In this document: positions 8,743 through 14,496 of the stretch, one piece after another | Layout of the letters: each line of letters starts with the position of its first letter | Position numbering within the stretch: position 1 is the first letter of the stretch | Assembly: GCA_041655135.1 (NCBI GenBank) | Contig: JBBAFY010000006.1 | Coordinates: forward strand, 12,242-44,241 | From: Tissierellales bacterium | Lineage (GTDB): Bacteria > Bacillota > Clostridia > Tissierellales > Proteiniboraceae | Direction of reading: 5' to 3' | Length of the DNA stretch: 32,000 nt | Made by a program: the position numbers and the translations under genes | The notes under the pieces: model-generated | Told to the model about the DNA's origin: nothing | Seen by the model: the letters and a program-made list of their open reading frames with translations, nothing else | Database searches by the model: none

Positions 8743-10449
8743 CTATTTGTACACCTTTAATCCAATGGTATTTAATAATGAAATAATGTTCCTCACTGTA
8801 TCCCTATCAAGTTCCTTAACATCCTCTGTAAGCTCCTCATATGGTATAAGGTGCGGACTAATCTTATTATCTATATCCTTTGCCTCACCATAGGTCCATC
8901 CATTTTTGCTCCTTTCATCTACCCATGAATCATGCTCAATCTTGGATAAATACTCTATCTGAGAAGGTTCCAATTCCTTAATCTCAGTTCCTCCCTCATT
9001 CTCCTCAGATGCACTATATCCTAGATACCTCAGTTTATCAGTTATAGTTCTTGCCTGACGTATATTAGAATACTTCAAGTCTTCAGGTAGGCTTTCCCAA
9101 GTAGGGTGCTTTAGTTCAATATCTGGATTTCTTTCAATTTGGTTTTTGTTATAATCAGCATGAATTGACTTAGCAATTTTTTCAATATTTATAAGTAATG
9201 GTCTTGGAGCTATCTTGACATCTTGTTCTTGGATTGTTTCTATATATAAATCAGAACCTGCCAAGCATTCCACCTTAATACCATCTTTAAATAGAGCCTT
9301 AATATCGATAACACTGTTAAATAGAGCTTCCTTCTTTTCAGCAAAACCTCTTTCCATGGCTCCCTTTGGTGCTAAATATGTAATTGCCATCTGAGTCTCT
9401 GTCATATTAAGTCTAGACCCATCAGCAAGAACCCTCTTTTTGTCTTCAATTCCATAGGCTTCACGATTCCATTCCTGTAATTCATCACATAATATCAATA
9501 GATAAGCATAGGGGTGCTTCTCTGGAGTTAAGGCTCCTAGTGAAAATGGCTCCTTCATCAATACATTTTTATAATAATTATGCAGCAAAATCGCTCCTGC
9601 AGCATCTACTATCTCGTTATATAAAACATCGGAACTAATCCCACTCATTTGAAGCATATGACCATACCATTTCAATAATATAATTGAACTATAGAATCCA
9701 TGGTCTACAAAACCAAACTTTTGCATATTGCTTAAGAAGTCACTTAAGTACTTCTTAGTAGTCTCTAAATCTGTCCCAAGCCTGCTTTGTATATTATAGC
9801 TCAATAAGTCTAATGCTTTATTAGGGTCAATATGATTTAAATCTGCTATTGAATTATCATCTATAGAAATAGTAGGCACCCTATTTAACACCTCAAAGTC
9901 TTTAAATGCTAAATAAGGATCTGCACTCTTATTTTCACCATCAACATCACTTACTAACTTGATAAATTTTTTGATTTGATTGTTGGTAATTTCCACAGGA
10001 TATCCTACATCATGACAAAGAGAGGCAATTCCCCATTTAAATAGAAACTCCTTCCTAGATGATTCATATTTTTCTCTACTTTTACTATTCTTCTCATGAT
10101 CCTCTTCTATAATAGTCCTAAGGTTTTTATTTTGGGCATAGATAGCTAAACCTAAAACAAATACATTAACTGAGTGGACATAATGATCTCTCTGCTTGTC
10201 AATTAGAGTAGCAGCGTTTTCTTCATAGCTTTTCAAGACATCTAATAGGTCAATAAAGTTCTTTTTCCCCTGCAACAAAATTTTATAACTATCAAAAAAA
10301 GTTACATACACATCAAATGCAGTCTCTTTATTCTCATCCTTAAGAAAATTAGCTATTGCCTCTTTCAAATAAATCTCATAATCATTGGCTTTTCTTGTTT
10401 CCTTCCTTAACTTAAAGAAATCAATTACATATTCTTTTTTTAAACCCAT
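8743..10449 (-). CDS. HD-domain phosphohydrolase fused to a C-terminal RyR (ryanodine-receptor repeat, PF02026-type) module
   Basis: GGAGG RBS at 10456-10460, directly abutting the upstream stop codon. HD signature residues are RDHYVHSVNV (H89, H92), CHDVGYP (H146-D147, nt 10009-10014), DHGFYS, LLHN and LCDELQ. The C-terminus, LSKIEHDSWVDERSKNGWTYGEAKDIDNKISPHLIPYEELTEDVKELDRDTVRNI, is a strong match to my recollection of the RyR-domain consensus. Confidence 0.8.
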   Translation of the reverse strand: MGLKKEYVIDFFKLRKETRKANDYEIYLKEAIANFLKDENKETAFDVYVTFFDSYKILLQGKKNFIDLLDVLKSYEENAATLIDKQRDHYVHSVNVFVLGLAIYAQNKNLRTIIEEDHEKNSKSREKYESSRKEFLFKWGIASLCHDVGYPVEITNNQIKKFIKLVSDVDGENKSADPYLAFKDFEVLNRVPTISIDDNSIADLNHIDPNKALDLLSYNIQSRLGTDLETTKKYLSDFLSNMQKFGFVDHGFYSSIILLKWYGHMLQMSGISSDVLYNEIVDAAGAILLHNYYKNVLMKEPFSLGALTPEKHPYAYLLILCDELQEWNREAYGIEDKKRVLADGSRLNMTETQMAITYLAPKGAMERGFAEKKEALFNSVIDIKALFKDGIKVECLAGSDLYIETIQEQDVKIAPRPLLINIEKIAKSIHADYNKNQIERNPDIELKHPTWESLPEDLKYSNIRQARTITDKLRYLGYSASEENEGGTEIKELEPSQIEYLSKIEHDSWVDERSKNGWTYGEAKDIDNKISPHLIPYEELTEDVKELDRDTVRNIISLLNTIGLKVYK

Positions 10450-10460
10450 TTTTATCCTCC

Positions 10461-12305
10461 TTAATTAATGTTTTTAAGTAACTGAGCTACCACTTCATAA
10501 TCATATTCTTGAAATGCAGTCTTGCTTTTTTGACAAGGTAGTTCAGCTAATTCATCCCAGCTAACTAGACATAAATGCTTCTTTTCATTCTCTCGTTTTG
10601 CTATATTGTTGCTTTTCTCTTGGTCTGTAAGCTCCTCTGCCAATAAAGGAGTCCATCCACGTGCATAATGAAATCCACACCATCTATAGTGCTCATACAT
10701 AGCTAGTTTCCAATATATATCCTCACCAGTGTTATTATTGTTAATTAAGCCTAGTTTGTTTACAGTATCTCTAGCAGATGCACGATTAGAGTCCTTAGTA
10801 AAAACGCTTAATTCTCTCCACTGATTCACTTTTTTGTCCTTTACATTCTTCTTGTAGTTTTCATGAACTTGTTTACCTAGCTCATCAGCCTTTCTTAAAA
10901 TCAAGTTATCATATGTATATATATCCTTAAACATATTTATGGCATAGAGCATATGACTTTGTGAAGTCAGTACCTCTTGGTCATATTCTTTATCTCTAAC
11001 GAAGAATATAATTTCAGGCTTGTCCTTTTTTAATTCTCTATTCTGTATGAAACGGTCTAGCTTAAGTGCAGTTTTGACATTTTGATTGCTATCACCTGTT
11101 ACTATGAAAAATTGATGAATCTGAGCTAGCTTGTCTCCAATTACTTGGTAAAACTCCTCGGTTCCAATAGCAGTATCACAAAACTCTATGGAGTTTTTAT
11201 GGGCAAAATAAGGAACATCCGTTAGGAAATCCTGCTTTAGCCTTTTCATGTTTTCGTCTATAACTAATGCTCTATAAGGTGCCTCTGAAAAATCTTCCCT
11301 TAAAAATCTTGAGTTTTCATAGGTCGCTAAGAGTAGCTCTTGACCTAAGTCACCAAAGCCAATTATACAAGCTGAATATGGTTCCTTTACTAGATTAAAT
11401 GAATCCTTGTCATAGAACTCATTGTTTTTCTCTAAAACTACAAGAGGTGAGTGTTTTTCTCTTAACTTATCTACTACTAATTGTTCTTCTGATACTAAAT
11501 ATGTATCTAACTTTATATCCTTCAAGTTTTGAAAGCGAAGCTGTTCATTGTCGCAAAAAACAGTAATGTTAATATTGCTAAATTCCGTGCCATGTGAATT
11601 GTCTTCAATATTTTTTGCAATACTATTCAGTTTTCCTAAATATTCAATATTCTCGTTTTTGTCCTCTAGTAATAAAACAATATGGTATTGGTGAGATGGT
11701 TTCCCATTGTTAATGGGATTATCAGCTAGAAAATCATCCAATTTTTTTACTCTTACATTCCCAAAATTCTTAGCTTTATGGTCCACTTCTTCCCTTGTAT
11801 AATATGTTATTACTTTATCCTTAAAATCAGCCTTACTGGATATATCGTCAATCAATGCATGGGCACTGACAATGTCCCCAACAATCAATATCTTGTTAGG
11901 CTGTTTATTATATATGTACCAAAGCTTAAATTTGTGTATCTTGTCAGAAAGAAGAAAAACACTAAGAGTACCAGCGGTATTTAATGATGAAATAAGCAGG
12001 ATTGTCCATATTTGTATTTCAATCAGTTGCTCATCGCCAAGAATATGATATACTTCTCTAAACCTTTGAAAGCTTAAATCAAAAGCAACTCCCTTAAGTG
12101 CTAAATATAGAGCATTAAATATGATCAAAACCATTGCTTTTAAGTCCATATTTGTCTGCATTAGATACCCTAGCACTAAAAAAATACCAAAAACAAATAT
12201 GTAATTGTAGGACCAAAGAACAAGCCTTTCAATATTTTTATCCCTTGCTTTTCTAGAGGACCATATAACAATACACAAGATAGAAAAATAAATAGCTAAT
12301 ATCAT
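10461..12305 (-). CDS. Membrane protein with 4 N-terminal TM helices, two Rossmann-like (TrkA-N-like) domains and a C-terminal RyR-type module
   Basis: Hydrophobic helices lie within aa 1-120. The Rossmann-like segments are KILIVGDIVSAHALIDD (glycine motif degenerate) and ACIIGFGDLGQELL (GxGxxG). The C-terminus has QVHENYKK...WRELSVFTKDSNRASARDTVNKLG followed by YEHYRWCGFHYARGWTP...HLCLVSWDELAE, parallel to the C-terminus of the adjacent HD protein. An AAGGTGA RBS precedes ATG 12305. Confidence 0.75.
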   Translation of the reverse strand: MILAIYFSILCIVIWSSRKARDKNIERLVLWSYNYIFVFGIFLVLGYLMQTNMDLKAMVLIIFNALYLALKGVAFDLSFQRFREVYHILGDEQLIEIQIWTILLISSLNTAGTLSVFLLSDKIHKFKLWYIYNKQPNKILIVGDIVSAHALIDDISSKADFKDKVITYYTREEVDHKAKNFGNVRVKKLDDFLADNPINNGKPSHQYHIVLLLEDKNENIEYLGKLNSIAKNIEDNSHGTEFSNINITVFCDNEQLRFQNLKDIKLDTYLVSEEQLVVDKLREKHSPLVVLEKNNEFYDKDSFNLVKEPYSACIIGFGDLGQELLLATYENSRFLREDFSEAPYRALVIDENMKRLKQDFLTDVPYFAHKNSIEFCDTAIGTEEFYQVIGDKLAQIHQFFIVTGDSNQNVKTALKLDRFIQNRELKKDKPEIIFFVRDKEYDQEVLTSQSHMLYAINMFKDIYTYDNLILRKADELGKQVHENYKKNVKDKKVNQWRELSVFTKDSNRASARDTVNKLGLINNNNTGEDIYWKLAMYEHYRWCGFHYARGWTPLLAEELTDQEKSNNIAKRENEKKHLCLVSWDELAELPCQKSKTAFQEYDYEVVAQLLKNIN

Positions 12306-12367
12306 GTAGTAATCACCTTAAGTAGTATATTCAGGTTTTAGGATACCTGTAAACCTATAATATACTA

Positions 12368-12396
12368 ATTATATCATAGACAAGTATTTCTCAATA
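12368..12396 (-). promoter_or_regulatory. Candidate sigma-A promoter (extended -10) of the three-gene operon
   Basis: The minus strand reads TATTGA - 17 nt - TGaTATAAT. The -10 is at 12368-12373, the TG at 12375-12376 and the -35 at 12391-12396, about 60 nt upstream of ATG 12305. Confidence 0.45.
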
Positions 12397-12400
12397 TAGA

Positions 12401-12493
12401 AAATTTGGTGCCAGAAAGTTTGGTGCCAGGCACCAGGGAAAAGGAAAGTTTGGTGGAAAATTTGGTGCCGAAAATTTGGTGCCTGGCACCAAA
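12401..12493. repeat. Dyad repeat family A cluster: five TTTGGTGCC-type half-sites, two of which are the left arms of full dyads (a 19-bp perfect palindrome at 12475-12493)
   Basis: Half-sites are at 12404-12412, 12419-12427, 12449-12456 (degenerate), 12461-12469 and 12475-12483. The 12419 half-site is part of the full dyad GGTGCC-A-GGCACC at 12422-12434. The 12475 half-site is part of TTTGGTGCC-T-GGCACCAAA at 12475-12493. Confidence 0.85.
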
Positions 12494-12520
12494 CAAAAAA
12501 AGAGGGGCTTTTAGCCTCTC
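12494..12520 (-). terminator. Rho-independent terminator of the CapD-like gene
   Basis: The minus strand reads gagaggc-taaa-agcccctc followed by tttttttgttt, 11 nt after the stop at 12531. Confidence 0.65.
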
Positions 12521-12530
12521 CTTCATGGAA

Positions 12531-14423
12531 TCACTCTATATCCAAGCCTGCGCCAACCTGGCAGGCTCCATTAAAACCCTCTAGTGTACTTTCTGTACTG
12601 TTTATATGATATGTAGGTACTATTTGTTGAACATAGTCCCTAAGACTGCTGCAATCGCTAGTATCTATTAATTCCTTTAATGTCTCTAAAGATTTTATCA
12701 TCAGCTTATAGTCTGTAAATACTGGCTTCCCAATAAATATCTTATCGTGTCCAGTAGAGCTCATACCCTCTTCATCAAGTAATAACTCTTCATAGAGCTT
12801 TTCGCCCTGTCTCAGCCCAGTAAATTCAATATGAACATCTACATCAGGCTCAAAGCCCGAAAGTCTAATTAGATCCCTTGCTAAATCTATTATCTTCACT
12901 GGTTCTCCCATATCAAGAACGAATATTTCTCCACCCTTTGCCATTGCCCCTGCCTGTATCACTAGCTGAGCAGCTTCAGGTATAGTCATGAAATATCTAA
13001 TAATATCTGGATGAGTGACTGTAACAGGTCCACCCTCCATTATTTGCTTTTTAAATAGTGGGATAACACTTCCATTGCTGCCTAGTACATTGCCGAATCT
13101 CACAGCTACATACTCAGTTTCGCTTTTTTTATCTATTGACTGAATAATCATCTCGCAAATCCTCTTAGAAGCACCCATAATATTTGTTGGATTTACGGCC
13201 TTGTCCGTAGATATCATAACAAATCGCTTTACCCCATATGTATCAGCAGCTTGTGCTAGATTTAAAGTACCAAACACATTATTCTTGATAGCCTCCTTAG
13301 GGTTATCCTCCATCAAAGGCACATGTTTATGAGCTGCAGCATGAAATATAACATCAGGTCTATTGTCTTCCATTATTTCATCAATTCTTTTTTTATCTCT
13401 TATAGAGGCAATAAAAACTTTTAGATTTAAATCCTTATATTTTCTCTTTAATTCAATCTGCAAATCGTAAACATTGTTCTCATATATGTCAAGAATACAG
13501 AGTTTATTAGGCTCAAACTTGGCAATTTGTCTGCAAAGCTCCGAACCAATAGAGCCTCCACCACCAGTAACTAAAACTCGTTTCCCCTTTAGATATTCGC
13601 TTATATCTTCAAGATAAAGATGTACCTCATCCCTTCCTAAAAGGTCCTCTATCTCCACATCTCTTATTTCTTTTATACTAACATTGCCATCTATAAGCTC
13701 ATACATTCCTGGTAATATTTTTAGTTTACACTTTGTTTTCTTGCATTCGCTTACAATATCTCTTATCTCACTTTTACTAGCAGAAGGTATGGCAATTATT
13801 ATTTCATCAATATCCATTTTATTTGCTATGGTTACTATATCTACTCTTTGTCCCATAATAGGCACTCCGTTTATTCTTTGACCTTTCTTTAATGAATCAT
13901 CATCTATTATGGCTACAGGTCTACTGTTAAGCTGTGTATGGTTTTTAAGCTCCCTAATAACCATGGCCCCTGCATCTCCAGCCCCTATTATCATTATATG
14001 CTTAAAGCTATCTCCTTTACTAAAGCCGTTTCCCTTAACTCTTCTAAGAGTCCTATAGCTAAACCTGACCCCACCTATTAATAGCATGTCCAATATAGTA
14101 GTGATAGCATATACACCTCTAGGAAGAAAAGTCTGTCTTACAAGTAAAAAGCTAATGACTCCTGCATTTGCTACAATAGAGGCTACTACAACATTTAACA
14201 GTTCATCAACACTAGCATATCTCCATAGACTTCTATATAATTTAAAGTAATAAAATACTACTATCTTTAAAAAAGTAATTATTAGTGCATTGTCTAGATA
14301 TACTTTCAAATAGTTTAAATCTATCTTTCCATCAAACCTCAAATATAACGCTAAGTAATATGCTAGGTTAATTAAAACAATATCTAAAATAACCAAGAAG
14401 AATACTCTAGCTTTTTTTTGCAT
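12531..14423 (-). CDS. capD: Membrane-anchored polysaccharide biosynthesis protein CapD/PglF/WbpM family (UDP-sugar 4,6-dehydratase)
   Basis: N-terminal TM helices are followed by two Rossmann segments (IMIIGAGDAGA and VLVTGGGGSIGSEL) and the catalytic region MISTDKAVNPTNIMGASKR. I moved the start to ATG 14423 (MQKKARVFF) because GGGAG sits 8 nt upstream of it. The track start at 14447 lacks an RBS. Confidence 0.85.
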   Translation of the reverse strand: MQKKARVFFLVILDIVLINLAYYLALYLRFDGKIDLNYLKVYLDNALIITFLKIVVFYYFKLYRSLWRYASVDELLNVVVASIVANAGVISFLLVRQTFLPRGVYAITTILDMLLIGGVRFSYRTLRRVKGNGFSKGDSFKHIMIIGAGDAGAMVIRELKNHTQLNSRPVAIIDDDSLKKGQRINGVPIMGQRVDIVTIANKMDIDEIIIAIPSASKSEIRDIVSECKKTKCKLKILPGMYELIDGNVSIKEIRDVEIEDLLGRDEVHLYLEDISEYLKGKRVLVTGGGGSIGSELCRQIAKFEPNKLCILDIYENNVYDLQIELKRKYKDLNLKVFIASIRDKKRIDEIMEDNRPDVIFHAAAHKHVPLMEDNPKEAIKNNVFGTLNLAQAADTYGVKRFVMISTDKAVNPTNIMGASKRICEMIIQSIDKKSETEYVAVRFGNVLGSNGSVIPLFKKQIMEGGPVTVTHPDIIRYFMTIPEAAQLVIQAGAMAKGGEIFVLDMGEPVKIIDLARDLIRLSGFEPDVDVHIEFTGLRQGEKLYEELLLDEEGMSSTGHDKIFIGKPVFTDYKLMIKSLETLKELIDTSDCSSLRDYVQQIVPTYHINSTESTLEGFNGACQVGAGLDIE

Positions 14424-14496
14424 AACAAAAACTCCCTTCAAAAGCACCTTCTAGTCATATGGCTAGAAGGTCAATAGTTAACAAGCAAGATATATA

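Noticed and set aside
3146-12305. Calling the operon a mobile genomic island, prophage or transposon cargo
   Set aside because: No integrase, transposase, recombinase, tRNA attachment site or long terminal inverted or direct repeats are visible. Only short dyad repeats and neighbouring gene decay suggest variability, so mobility is unproven.
171-12490. Sigma-54 promoters, because the dyad contains TGGCAC (the -24 element)
   Set aside because: The required -12 element (TTGCW) 5 nt downstream is absent or inconsistent: cagctTTCT, cacagCACT, caatcCATGC, catgcTTTA, caaacAAAA. Copies occur downstream of genes as often as upstream, and no sigma-54 activator is encoded nearby.
12401-12493. A CRISPR array
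   Set aside because: The repeat units are only 9-13 nt, at irregular spacings of 12-30 nt, so there are no spacer-sized unique segments. There are no cas genes in the window.
14412-14419. A poly(A)8 tract right after the capD start codon (ATG CAA AAA AAA G) as a phase-variation switch
   Set aside because: Homopolymer A/T runs of 7-9 nt are frequent throughout this AT-rich window, including intergenic regions. Without population-level length variation this is not distinguishable from background.
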